Below the pieces are notes generated by a model that saw only the letters and a list, made by a program, of their open reading frames with translations, was not told the DNA's origin and searched no databases. Position numbers and translations under genes: made by a program. A stretch of DNA of 64,000 bases from Acinetobacter phage vB_AbaS_TCUP2199. The DNA is taken from the sequence record ON323491.1. One strand, written 5' to 3'. Positions 36,740-46,280 of this stretch are shown piece by piece; position 1 is the stretch's first letter; the number at the start of each line of letters is the position of its first letter.

Positions 36740-37475
36740 GACAATGCATGAAGTAAATAAATTAGACAGTCTGGAAGTTCCACAGCCAGATGTTCGCCAA
36801 GAATTGTTGTTGAATAACATGCAATTTCATAAAACTCAGGCTGCAGCTTTTCTTAAAAAGTCTGAGGATATGCGAAAGGAAATAGCGGAAACGTATGTTC
36901 CAAAAGAAATTGAACTTGGTAAAACGTATATTGGTATTAGACACCCTAACGATACAGCTTCAATATTTGAACATGCACCTGCTATGTATGCTAAGTTATT
37001 GAAAGATAACAAATTATGTTTACATTACCAAAATAGCGAGTTTGAAAATCGTGAAGTAACACCTATTGCGATTGCTTTATATGATCTCAATTTTAATTTG
37101 GGAATCATCCGCTGGGAAATTACTGTAGAAAATTCAGATCAGAAATTGTTTACTGCTCTGTATGCTACAAAAATGGCGGGTAAACCATATCCAAAGCTTA
37201 AAATGGATGACCTATTCATTCTGTTAGCAATTAGTGGCCTAGAACCAGACAAGCTTGGTGATAATGTTATTTACATTGCCAAAAATGTTAATGGTGCAGT
37301 GACTACATTCGTTAATGGTGTGCCTGCAGATTGGGTTGTAAAAGGCATACCATTTATTCCAGAAGGGGTTAAAAGCTGGCCCCAGTTTATTAGCAACCCA
37401 GAAAGTGTAATGATGAACTTAGACGATAAAGTTTTTTCATTAGATGAATGGCTCAGCTATTGCAATGCAACATAA
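36734..37475 (+). CDS. Hypothetical protein
   Basis: Trimmed to the ATG after GGAGTAAGACA. Confidence 0.55.
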
Positions 37476-37513
37476 GAGTAAGTAGTATTACTTAAAAATA
37501 CTCTTTGGTTAAG

Positions 37514-37546
37514 CCCTTATCCGCTAGTCGGGTAAGGGATTTTTAC
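37514..37546 (+). terminator. Hairpin CCCTTATCCG-ctagt-CGGGTAAGGG followed by ATTTTTA
   Basis: Read from the sequence. Contains the 12-mer TATCCGCTAGTC that also occurs at 89-100. Confidence 0.5.
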
Positions 37547-37569
37547 AGGTCAGATTTATTGAGATTGAA

Positions 37570-37788
37570 ATGTCTGAAAAAACGGATGAGCTTGAATATC
37601 AAGCTATTGAACTTCATTTTAATGAAGCAATGCATAAAGCAAAGCAAGCTGGAAAGCATGACTTGAAACCAGTTGGGGCTTGTCATAACTGTAATGAATC
37701 AGTTGATGGAAATAAACTTTTCTGTGATCAAGATTGTGCCGAAGATTATGAAAAACGCAAGTTCGCAAAGTCACAAAGGCTATATTAA
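37570..37788 (+). CDS. TraR/DksA-like C4 zinc-finger protein
   Basis: 72 aa with an acidic N-terminus, CHNC…CDQDC and a C-terminal …CAEDYEKRKFAK tail resembling TraR-family proteins. Confidence 0.45.
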   Translation: MSEKTDELEYQAIELHFNEAMHKAKQAGKHDLKPVGACHNCNESVDGNKLFCDQDCAEDYEKRKFAKSQRLY

Positions 37789-37790
37789 GT

Positions 37791-38318
37791 ATGATTAAAA
37801 AACACGGAATTAAATCAAATTCTAGTGGTGAATCAGCTACCAAAGTCAGAAGCATAAAAGCCAATGGTAAAGCTACGGAAAAAACCGTAGCTTATCTTTT
37901 GCGCCAAGCTTATGCGACACAGGTAGAAATCCTTCGCCTACCAGATAAATATGACACAGGCCGACACGAAGATACACGCCCCAGCGATTTCGTTGTCATC
38001 CTGAATCCAACCAACCATGGCCTAGTCGGTGTCTCAAACACTTTCTATGTCGAAGCCAAGGAAACTGGCGCAGATAAGAACACTTGGTCACTTCTGTCAA
38101 CATTCAGAAATGGTCAGCTTCAAGCAATGATTCGTGCAAATAAATTGAATATTCCCTACTTTGTGGTGTTCCATTACTTGCATAACAAAAAGATTTATCT
38201 GGTCCCAAGTACAGTTATTTTGGACCTTTACATGAACGGTAAGAAATCTATATCTAAGGATGTTATTGCACAATACCCTTGGGACGATGGACGACTTTAC
38301 AACTACTTTAGAAAGTAA
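37791..38318 (+). CDS. Putative PD-(D/E)xK nuclease (possible junction-resolving enzyme)
   Basis: PSDFVVIL…FYVEAKE fits the D…ExK pattern. Confidence 0.4.
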   Translation: MIKKHGIKSNSSGESATKVRSIKANGKATEKTVAYLLRQAYATQVEILRLPDKYDTGRHEDTRPSDFVVILNPTNHGLVGVSNTFYVEAKETGADKNTWSLLSTFRNGQLQAMIRANKLNIPYFVVFHYLHNKKIYLVPSTVILDLYMNGKKSISKDVIAQYPWDDGRLYNYFRK

Positions 38319-38344
38319 TTAACCAAAACATTAGGAGCAACACA

Positions 38345-39031
38345 ATGGCTAAAAAAGAGACTACTCGCAAGCATGAACGTTACCATCACTTTATGGTTGA
38401 CTGTGAAACTTTAGGGGTATTGCCAAACTCAAATCCAGTATTACAGATTGCGATTGTTGAATTTGACCCAGTGTCATTCACGGCCACAGGTAAAGAACTA
38501 ACAGTGTTTTTGCCATTGGTTGAACAATTAAAAGCGGGTGCCATTGCTGATAAAGGTACTGTTGACTGGTGGAATAAACCTGAACGTGCCAAGGTGCTTG
38601 AAGAAGTCATGGCAGGTGTTAATGCTGCAGGCACAATGAGTGATCAACTATTAAAAATTTATCACTGGTTAAAAGATGTTTGCACTGTTGAAGGAAATAA
38701 TGAACTTGGTAAAACCATGTTCTGGGCAAAACCTGCAGCGTTTGACTATCCATTCATTGATGGTTTATTTGTGAAGTTTGGCATCCCTAGCCCATTCATG
38801 TTCCGTAATGTTATGGACATGCATAGCTATATCATTTCAAATTTTATTAATACGCACCGTGCAGTTCAGCATTATGAAATTGATTTCTGGCAAGCTCAAC
38901 AAATGTATTGGGATGCTATGAAAGATGTTGAAGCCAATGAGGAAGATGCCCATAACGCAACGCACGACTGCCATTTCCAGATTGAATGGCTACGTCATGC
39001 AGTATTAAATCCTCAAAAATATTTTGATTAA
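38345..39031 (+). CDS. DEDDh-family 3'-5' exonuclease
   Basis: Exo I MVDCETLG; Exo II FDYPFIDGL; Exo III HNATHDCH. Confidence 0.7.
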   Translation: MAKKETTRKHERYHHFMVDCETLGVLPNSNPVLQIAIVEFDPVSFTATGKELTVFLPLVEQLKAGAIADKGTVDWWNKPERAKVLEEVMAGVNAAGTMSDQLLKIYHWLKDVCTVEGNNELGKTMFWAKPAAFDYPFIDGLFVKFGIPSPFMFRNVMDMHSYIISNFINTHRAVQHYEIDFWQAQQMYWDAMKDVEANEEDAHNATHDCHFQIEWLRHAVLNPQKYFD

Positions 39032-39034
39032 TTG

Positions 39035-39063
39035 TTGACATGAGATAATGATTTAATCATTAT
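39035..39063 (+). promoter_or_regulatory. TTGACA -35-like hexamer followed by a 19-bp perfect palindrome ATAATGATTTAATCATTAT (operator-like)
   Basis: Read from the sequence. Confidence 0.4.
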
Positions 39064-39068
39064 GAATT

Positions 39069-39097
39069 GAGACTGACCATTGGGTCAGTCTTTTTAT
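39069..39097 (+). terminator. Intrinsic terminator GACTGACC-attg-GGTCAGTC followed by TTTTTAT
   Basis: Read from the sequence. Confidence 0.6.
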
Positions 39098-39120
39098 CAC
39101 CTAAACAAAAGGATACGAGC

Positions 39121-39402
39121 ATGGGTCCATTAATATTTTTACCCCCGAACAATGTGCCATTTAAGTATTACAACATGCGTGACCATTTCGCTGGTATGGC
39201 AATGCAAGGCATGATTAGTTCAATTAAAGATCAAGATCAACTTGATCGTATGCGCGATTGGGCAAACAAAAATCAAATGTCACTGGCTCAATTTATTGCT
39301 TATGATTCATATAAACAAGCTGACGCTATGCTTCAAGCACGTACACAGCCAGCGGTTTATACCGAAGAACTTCACACAGAATACAAAGGACCTAAACGAT
39401 GA
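39121..39402 (+). CDS. Hypothetical protein
   Basis: ATG after AAAAGGATACGAGC; trimmed from the listed ORF. Confidence 0.45.
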   Translation: MGPLIFLPPNNVPFKYYNMRDHFAGMAMQGMISSIKDQDQLDRMRDWANKNQMSLAQFIAYDSYKQADAMLQARTQPAVYTEELHTEYKGPKR

Positions 39403-39815
39403 ATATTTTCCCAACTGACGAAGCAGTAATAGTAGCCGCACCAGAATACACAGCAGTACAGTCAGCATTTATTGATGCAATCAACAATGACCAAATCCCG
39501 TTGTTGCACCATTACTTCACCATTAACGAATATTTTGGTTTAAATGATGATGGTGAGTTTGAACACATAGACACGTATGCAGCTTTTAAAATTTTTGAAG
39601 CTGGCTATGTGTTGAGTAAAGCTGAAAATGAACCTTTAGAAGATGAGCAGCTTGAAGATGAAGTTTTAGCTGCAGTCTCTGGCCGTGACCCTAACAAGCC
39701 TGTTAATTCTGGCAAGTTAAAAGATTGGGTCATTATGATTGGTGTTCTAATCATCGGATTGATCATTGGTTACTATGTAAACTTTGCTCATTTAAATAGC
39801 AAAATCCATTTCTGA
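39399..39815 (+). CDS. Hypothetical protein with a C-terminal TM helix
   Basis: Listed ORF; ATGA overlap. Confidence 0.5.
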   Translation: MNIFPTDEAVIVAAPEYTAVQSAFIDAINNDQIPLLHHYFTINEYFGLNDDGEFEHIDTYAAFKIFEAGYVLSKAENEPLEDEQLEDEVLAAVSGRDPNKPVNSGKLKDWVIMIGVLIIGLIIGYYVNFAHLNSKIHF

Positions 39816-39822
39816 GAATATT

Positions 39823-40950
39823 ATGATTGATCAAAATTATAAACACAGAAACCCTTTAATAATTACCCCTATGGGTAATTTTTTACAGACCATTGGTGAC
39901 ACCCACTTAGGTCGGGTGTTTAAAAACGATGTGCCTTTGGACCGTCGTGGTGATTATGAGCAATACCAGTATGAAAAATTACAGGAACTGCTTTGGGCTA
40001 AACCAAAATTTACTACGACTGAAACACTCCTTAGCTCAGAAATTAAAGGCCGCTATGTTAAGGCCCAAGTAGGCGACTGGTTTGATAAGCCAGTCGTTAC
40101 ACTGAATGTTATTCAACAGTCAGTTGATACGTTAGAACAGTATGCCCAAGAACATGAGGATAAAGAGGAACTTTTTATCCTTTCTGGAAACCACGATGAT
40201 GCCAAAAATGTCACGGATACGACAGCTTGGGATTTATTAGCCAGTACGTTACGCAGCAGTGTGTATAATTCAGAAGGCACTGTTACTTTTGTGAAGGACT
40301 ACGAGGTATATGAATATGCAAACGGTGAAGAAATCCTGTTTATTGGTTGGAATATTGCCACTAATGCTTGTTCTGCTTTACTTAGAGCTTTGGAAGCGGG
40401 CCATAAGTCTATAACAACTGTGGTCTGCCACTTGGATAAAATCAGCTATGGGAATGACGAAAATGTCATTCCTTATGAATTTTTTGCAAGCCATGGTGTC
40501 AAACTAGTTGTCAGCGGCCATGAGCATAAACCTTACCATTCCCATGACAGTGGTATGGAAATTATTGGTACTGGTTCATTATTACCTTTCAGTCATGCCG
40601 AAGATGATGGTGAAGAAATCTATGTGACTTTGCACTCAATCAATGAGTATGAAGATTACTTGATTGACAATGATGTGACTGACAAACATATCCGTTTGAT
40701 CTTGGATGAAGATGACCAGAAGCGTGTAGACGAACTCAACAATGTTCAATCATTAAGCTTGAAGATTGTTAAGAAGGGCGTAGCTGTAGAAGTTCTCGAT
40801 ATGGATAACTCAGGCGTTAGCCAAGTTACCTTGGAAGCTTACGATGCCAAAAGTGTTTGGGAAAATGCTGTGGCTGAGACTGGGTTAGAGCCAGTGACGG
40901 GTAAATTGGTATGGCAAGAAATCCAGTCTAAAGGGGACAGTGATGATTAA
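39823..40950 (+). CDS. sbcD: SbcD/Mre11-family nuclease
   Basis: Calcineurin-like phosphoesterase motifs GDTHLG, GNHDD, GHEH. Confidence 0.8.
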   Translation: MIDQNYKHRNPLIITPMGNFLQTIGDTHLGRVFKNDVPLDRRGDYEQYQYEKLQELLWAKPKFTTTETLLSSEIKGRYVKAQVGDWFDKPVVTLNVIQQSVDTLEQYAQEHEDKEELFILSGNHDDAKNVTDTTAWDLLASTLRSSVYNSEGTVTFVKDYEVYEYANGEEILFIGWNIATNACSALLRALEAGHKSITTVVCHLDKISYGNDENVIPYEFFASHGVKLVVSGHEHKPYHSHDSGMEIIGTGSLLPFSHAEDDGEEIYVTLHSINEYEDYLIDNDVTDKHIRLILDEDDQKRVDELNNVQSLSLKIVKKGVAVEVLDMDNSGVSQVTLEAYDAKSVWENAVAETGLEPVTGKLVWQEIQSKGDSDD

Positions 40951-43117
40951 AAAATTAAAGATGCGTAATTGGGCCAAGCATCATGACCGTGAGTTCTTTT
41001 TTGAAGCTGGTTTAAATATGATTCGCGGTGTCAATGAAGGTGGCAAGAGTTTGATTTTGGAAGCCATTGACTATGCACTTCATGGTTCAGTAGCCCTTCG
41101 TTTGCCTGCGAGTTTGTATCCAACTAACTTGTCATCTGAGCTAACAGTGGTTATCCGTGGCAAGGAATACTTCATTCAGCGTTCACCTAAAATGGCGATT
41201 CTGACTGACGTAGAAACAGACACTGTCCTTGCCAAAGGTACAAAGCCAGTAGATGCTGAGATTCGTAAAATTCTTGGTTACAGCCGCAGTGTATTTATGG
41301 TTTCCAACTATAGTTCTCAGAATGCTATTGACCAGTTGGCTGCATTAAAGCCTGCTGAGCGTAAGCGTGTGATTGACAACGTGGTTGGCCTGACTGCAGT
41401 TGAGGAAGTGATTGGTGACCATAAGGTTGAACTATCAGCTCTCAATAAAATGCTTGCTGGTCACAAGGCACGTTTACCTGATAATGAACCAGTAAAGCCT
41501 GCTGTGGATTTGCCAGATTATTTGTCGAGCCAGAAAATGTACTTGCGCGAAGAAATGACTCGCGTACAAGGTTATATTTCTCGTCAAGAACAAATCGCTG
41601 TGACGCACCAACGCTTAATGGATACCAAGCCAGAGCAGCTTCATTTTGATGAAGTGCGTTTGCAAAAAATGCTGATACCAGAAGGTATTGACCGTGCTGC
41701 TGCAGCAAAACATGACGCTACTTTAAAAAGTAAGAAAGACATGTTGGCCCAGCAACAGGCATTGTTGGAAGCTGAGAAACAGCCTGAGTATGTGCCTGAG
41801 CCAGACACAGCATGGTTAATTGAAGGTATGACTCGCGCTAAGTGGGATGCATACAATCAGAAAACTGCTCAATTAAACGCTGCTATTGATAAAGCTTTAA
41901 GTGACCAAAATGCCTTAGAAACTCGTAAGAAATCATTGACTTATATAAGTCAAGCTGACTTAGATGACTTATACGTGGCTAATAATCTTTACAAGGATTG
42001 GCTTAACGTACAGGAATTAAAGGCAAAAGGGTCATTGACTTGTGATAGTTGTGGGTCAGAAGTCCACTTGATGAAAGACCATCTGGCTAAATACCAGCAT
42101 GTGCCTGAGACTGTGGCTAAGCCAACAATGGATTATGATCAAGCAGTTAAAGAACATAAATGGTACAACGAAATACAAGAGGAAATTACCAAAGCTAAAG
42201 ATCGTGTAGTTGAACTCATGACCGAACGTGATGAACATGTTCTAACCATGAGCTGCTATAGCAATGAGCAGATAGAACAGCACTTCAAAATTGAAAACCA
42301 ACTGGAACTTTGGAAAGAAAGCCTTAAAAAATATGAAGATTATAAGTACCGTACTGGCACTTATAAAGATAACTGTGAACGCTTGGAAGCTGAAATTATC
42401 GAACTAGAAACCAACTGGTACGATGAAAAAACCTTGGCCGATAACTTCTATGCCATTGATGAATTTGAGAAGCTGGAAAAACAAAATGCCAGTTTGCTTG
42501 TTTGGCAGCGTAACTTTGATGCACTTCCAACCTATGAAGGTGATGAAGCTGTAGAAAAAGCCAAACTGGAATTGAAAGAACTCAATGAAAAAGAAGCTGA
42601 ACTTCAAGCTCTTGAATATGAGTGGGATGTTTATAAGCGTGACAAAGCAGCTTACGATGCTATTTACAGTGATTATGAAGTTGTAAAAACCCAAGTGGAT
42701 GCTGAGAAAGAAATCATTGAAACACTGCAGCTCTATAAAGCCAAGATCAAATCAACGATTTTGCCAAGTGTCAATTCAGTGGCATCTTCATGGATTCAGC
42801 GTATGTCCCTCGGTAAGCATGTAAGCGTGGCCCTTACCGATGATATGGAAATCTTAGTGAACAATGAACCAATTGAAGCACTTTCTATTTCGGGTCGTGC
42901 TTTGGGCCATTTAAGCTTACGCATGGCTTTGGGTCAGGTTTTAACGAATAGTATTTTTCCAGTGTTCATGGCTGATGAAGTGGATGCTTCAATGAGAAAC
43001 GAACGGGCACAAGCAGTGCTTGACAACTTGGTAAAAATGCTGGATGGGTCGGTGAAACAGATCATTATGATCTCACACCGAGAGCTGGAAAATATTCAAA
43101 ATGTGATTGAGGTGTAA
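40940..43117 (+). CDS. sbcC: SbcC/Rad50-family ATPase
   Basis: Walker A GVNEGGKS; long coiled-coil middle; signature-like LSISGRALG; Walker B MADEVD. Confidence 0.8.
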   Translation: MMIKKLKMRNWAKHHDREFFFEAGLNMIRGVNEGGKSLILEAIDYALHGSVALRLPASLYPTNLSSELTVVIRGKEYFIQRSPKMAILTDVETDTVLAKGTKPVDAEIRKILGYSRSVFMVSNYSSQNAIDQLAALKPAERKRVIDNVVGLTAVEEVIGDHKVELSALNKMLAGHKARLPDNEPVKPAVDLPDYLSSQKMYLREEMTRVQGYISRQEQIAVTHQRLMDTKPEQLHFDEVRLQKMLIPEGIDRAAAAKHDATLKSKKDMLAQQQALLEAEKQPEYVPEPDTAWLIEGMTRAKWDAYNQKTAQLNAAIDKALSDQNALETRKKSLTYISQADLDDLYVANNLYKDWLNVQELKAKGSLTCDSCGSEVHLMKDHLAKYQHVPETVAKPTMDYDQAVKEHKWYNEIQEEITKAKDRVVELMTERDEHVLTMSCYSNEQIEQHFKIENQLELWKESLKKYEDYKYRTGTYKDNCERLEAEIIELETNWYDEKTLADNFYAIDEFEKLEKQNASLLVWQRNFDALPTYEGDEAVEKAKLELKELNEKEAELQALEYEWDVYKRDKAAYDAIYSDYEVVKTQVDAEKEIIETLQLYKAKIKSTILPSVNSVASSWIQRMSLGKHVSVALTDDMEILVNNEPIEALSISGRALGHLSLRMALGQVLTNSIFPVFMADEVDASMRNERAQAVLDNLVKMLDGSVKQIIMISHRELENIQNVIEV

Positions 43118-43385
43118 TGTGGCTGTAGATGTTGAACGCTTATTGGCTGAGTTTGATCTTCTGACACAGAACACAGCCACAAAAGATCGGGTATTGTTTT
43201 TACTTTTAAAGGAAATTCAAGAGGAATTACCCAACACAGATGAAGGTTCAGAATGGTTCCATGCGGCCTTTAGGAAAATAGATGTGTCTGGTAGTGGTTA
43301 TCGAGATATGGCTATTTATATATTACTTGGTGATAGTTCTGCTTTTTGGGAACTGTATCACAGATTAGATGGAGAAAAGGCATGA
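43107..43385 (+). CDS. Hypothetical protein (start may be GTG 43119)
   Basis: Listed ORF. Confidence 0.45.
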   Translation: MRCNVAVDVERLLAEFDLLTQNTATKDRVLFLLLKEIQEELPNTDEGSEWFHAAFRKIDVSGSGYRDMAIYILLGDSSAFWELYHRLDGEKA

Positions 43386-43579
43386 AACGTCTGATTGGAA
43401 AGGTGACTGTAAATTTAGTTGTTGAGCTGGAAAACATAGACGTAGAGCTTTACGACTTAGCTCAGTCCTTGGGAAATAATACAAGCTTAAATACTAAGGT
43501 TCAAAACATTCGTAAAAAGATAGAGTCAATCCAAGGTTGGCTTAATGCTATCAGTTACGACTTAAATGGAGATAAATAA
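43382..43579 (+). CDS. Hypothetical small protein
   Basis: ATGA overlap; trimmed from 43346. Confidence 0.4.
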   Translation: MKRLIGKVTVNLVVELENIDVELYDLAQSLGNNTSLNTKVQNIRKKIESIQGWLNAISYDLNGDK

Positions 43580-43875
43580 TGTCTGATGCAAAGGTTGGTT
43601 TGTCACAAGTATTGGCAGAGATTGGTGACGATAATTATAAACTCCAAGTGCTGGGCAGCAGCTTGAAGGGGTTTAGACAAAATAAACGTGATACGGTTAT
43701 TGAGTTTTATACTGACCCTGAAAACACCCCACAATTTTCTGGGCCAAACATGATAGTTGACACGCCAAAATTAGGTGTGGTTCTTTGGATTGATCGTGCA
43801 GATTATGACAAAGCATTTAAGGCTCTCACAGATCGTCAAAAGGAAGCTAAACCAAATGATGAAGTGGTGGAGTAA
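43579..43875 (+). CDS. Hypothetical protein
   Basis: Listed ORF. Confidence 0.5.
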   Translation: MSDAKVGLSQVLAEIGDDNYKLQVLGSSLKGFRQNKRDTVIEFYTDPENTPQFSGPNMIVDTPKLGVVLWIDRADYDKAFKALTDRQKEAKPNDEVVE

Positions 43876-44011
43876 TTTATTTGCTAAACCGTGTAGCTGC
43901 AGAAACTGCAGCTACTGTCAAAAACATGGTGGGTATATTCCCTGTGCCGATAAAGTATATAAAGCACAAGCAATATATCAAACACGGGCTAAGCCACCTA
44001 AAAAATTGTGA
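43859..44011 (+). CDS. Candidate 50-aa Cys-rich miniprotein (MMKWWSNLFAKPCSCRNCSYCQKHGG…)
   Basis: Overlaps the 3' end of 43579-43875 in another frame and ends 8 nt before ATG 44019. Below the ORF-track cutoff. Confidence 0.3.
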   Translation: MKWWSNLFAKPCSCRNCSYCQKHGGYIPCADKVYKAQAIYQTRAKPPKKL

Positions 44012-44018
44012 GACCAAA

Positions 44019-44459
44019 ATGAAGACAATCCACCAACTGGTCGCAGACCAAGAAAAGTTAAGTCAAAAAATTAGAGAGCATCAAAACGAAATCCGTATTT
44101 TGCAAGAGGGTATTATTGCCATTTGCGACGAGATTAAGGACCGTTTTGCACCTAAAGATATTCTAGGTCACCTATTTAAAATCAAGGGTTATACCTATGA
44201 AGTTGGGTATGATGAAGAATCACGCAACTATGATGCTTTAGAGGAACGTATTTTCCGTGTTAAAAGTTGGGGCCAAGGCTACAAGAAAATCATGGAAGGT
44301 CGTTTATGCAAGGTTATTGCTGTAGACCTTATGAACATCATGCCTGATAAGAAGGAAATTAGATGGATGATTACAGCTATTCCAGCCAATGCAGATGGTA
44401 AATTTGGTAATTTAATTATTCGTACCAATGTTATTGACAAAGTATCACTAAGTGATTAA
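44019..44459 (+). CDS. Hypothetical protein
   Basis: Trimmed from listed ORF 43881-44459 to the ATG after the stop of the miniprotein. Confidence 0.5.
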   Translation: MKTIHQLVADQEKLSQKIREHQNEIRILQEGIIAICDEIKDRFAPKDILGHLFKIKGYTYEVGYDEESRNYDALEERIFRVKSWGQGYKKIMEGRLCKVIAVDLMNIMPDKKEIRWMITAIPANADGKFGNLIIRTNVIDKVSLSD

Positions 44460-44554
44460 TGTGTAATAGCTTACTCGACAAAGCGAACACTCCAACTTGA
44501 TTGGGGTGTTTTCTTTAACCTAAAATTTTTTAACCTACCATTATGGTGAACTAA

Positions 44555-45268
44555 ATGACTGATCAACAAGCGCTACCAGCAAACGTACAAGAAAATTATC
44601 GTGAGCTTTCACACATGGATTTCGGGGCCATTTCTCGTTTAATCAATCTCCGCGCTGGCCGTGTACCAGCGACAAGTGTTCAAGCTGCTACTGTCATTCA
44701 ACAATTCAATTTAATTGAATCAGAATTAATCGAAGGTAAACGGGCTGCTGCAGACGGTAATGTTGATCAGGTCCGTGATGCCATTGCTGATATTATTCTT
44801 TTAGCTGCTGGTCAAATGGGTCATATTCAAGAACTGGATGTTGCCGAAGATTTTAAACGTATGTGTGCGTTTAATATGACTCGTATTCCTCAGTCTGTAG
44901 ATGAAGCTGCAGCTACTGTAGAAAAATATGCAGCCATTGGTATTGAAGCAGTTATGCTTGAACCAATCACTGTTGGTGGCAGCACGTTATTCCCAGTAGT
45001 TACTGCAGATAAAGAGCAGTGGGATACTGAGAAAAACGAACACTATCCACCTCGTAAGTTCTTGAAATCAATCAATTTTTCTGACGTTTACTATGAGCCA
45101 TTAGCTCTTACAGAAATTGTAGGTGGTGGTGTAGACGTAGAACACTTGGTTGGTACTCAATTTACCTCTAATCATTTAGATTTGATCAAAACTGAACTTG
45201 AACAAGAAAACTTGTTAAGTGAAGAAGTGATTGAAGTTCTTGAACGTCTTGTAGGGAAACGCGCTTAA
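44555..45268 (+). CDS. Putative MazG-like all-alpha NTP pyrophosphohydrolase
   Basis: IESELIEG…DAIADIILLAAGQ is an ExxE…D motif arrangement; sits in the nucleotide-metabolism neighbourhood. Confidence 0.45.
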   Translation: MTDQQALPANVQENYRELSHMDFGAISRLINLRAGRVPATSVQAATVIQQFNLIESELIEGKRAAADGNVDQVRDAIADIILLAAGQMGHIQELDVAEDFKRMCAFNMTRIPQSVDEAAATVEKYAAIGIEAVMLEPITVGGSTLFPVVTADKEQWDTEKNEHYPPRKFLKSINFSDVYYEPLALTEIVGGGVDVEHLVGTQFTSNHLDLIKTELEQENLLSEEVIEVLERLVGKRA

Positions 45269-46215
45269 TGACCTTACGCACTATCAATGTCGCAACTATC
45301 GAGAAAATGGTAGATGAAGACTCACACGGTACACACACCTATGCCAAAATTATTGAAGCTTCCAAGTGTATCCAGACTGGAAAAAAGCTTATTACTTTTG
45401 AGTTGTTTTTTCCCCGCGCTATTCTGGCAGAAAAAAACACGCACCGTAAACACTCCAAGAATACTGGCTCTAGCCGTGCTATTCCTGTATTGCGTTTACT
45501 TAAAGACATTATGCGTTCACCCTTTACACCTCTCTTTTGGGGGGCCAATAAGTCTGGTATGCAATCAGCCCAAGAACTTCCCCTCTGGAAGCGAGTTCTT
45601 TGTGCTTGGATTTGGATTACTCATCGTTATTTCACTTATTTCACGGTTCGCTTATTAACTAAGCTTGGCCTACACAAACAATGGACCAACCGTTTGTTTG
45701 AGCCGCATAGCTATATTCGCCAAGTTGAAACCAGTGATAGCTTTGATAACTTCTTTGATCTTCGCTACCATGATGATGCTCAGCCAGAAATCATCTTACT
45801 GGCTATCATGATGAAGCGTGAGATTGAATATATTGAAAAGAACAACCTTTGGAATAAAGTGGATGCACGTAAAACCAAAGGTGATGCTCTCAACTGGCAC
45901 TTACCATACATCACAGATCAAGAGCGCAACATTTATCGTCGCTTCCCTGAGTATCTGGCTAAGTTGTCGTCAGCTCGTACAGCGCGTACCAGTTTCTTGA
46001 CACAGGAAGGGGTTGAGCCTAAGCCTGAGAAAGAAATTGAGACGTTTAAAAAGCTGGCATTATCAAAACCGATTCATGCTTCGCCACTTGAACACATTGC
46101 ATATCCGAGTTTGGATGGTAATGTCAAGTCTCGTAATTTCACTGGTTATGTTCAGTACAGAGAAATTTACGAAGAAAAAGAATTTGGAAGCCCTATTGTA
46201 ATTCCGAAAGTTTAA
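45268..46215 (+). CDS. thyX: Flavin-dependent thymidylate synthase (ThyX-like)
   Basis: THRKHSKNTGSSR fits the ThyX xHR-x7-S signature; ATGA start overlap. Confidence 0.55.
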   Translation: MTLRTINVATIEKMVDEDSHGTHTYAKIIEASKCIQTGKKLITFELFFPRAILAEKNTHRKHSKNTGSSRAIPVLRLLKDIMRSPFTPLFWGANKSGMQSAQELPLWKRVLCAWIWITHRYFTYFTVRLLTKLGLHKQWTNRLFEPHSYIRQVETSDSFDNFFDLRYHDDAQPEIILLAIMMKREIEYIEKNNLWNKVDARKTKGDALNWHLPYITDQERNIYRRFPEYLAKLSSARTARTSFLTQEGVEPKPEKEIETFKKLALSKPIHASPLEHIAYPSLDGNVKSRNFTGYVQYREIYEEKEFGSPIVIPKV

Positions 46216-46280
46216 TAATATAGTGAACGAATCGAACGACACCTAACAGGTGTCGTTTTTATCACCTAAAGGAAAGTACC

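Noticed and set aside
45314-45658. 114-aa ORF inside the thyX-like gene, and similar internal or antisense ORFs (e.g. 3063-3251, 8367-8549, 21071-21613, 25106-25683)
   Set aside because: Alternative-frame or antisense ORFs nested in longer genes that carry recognisable motifs or fit the compact gene array.
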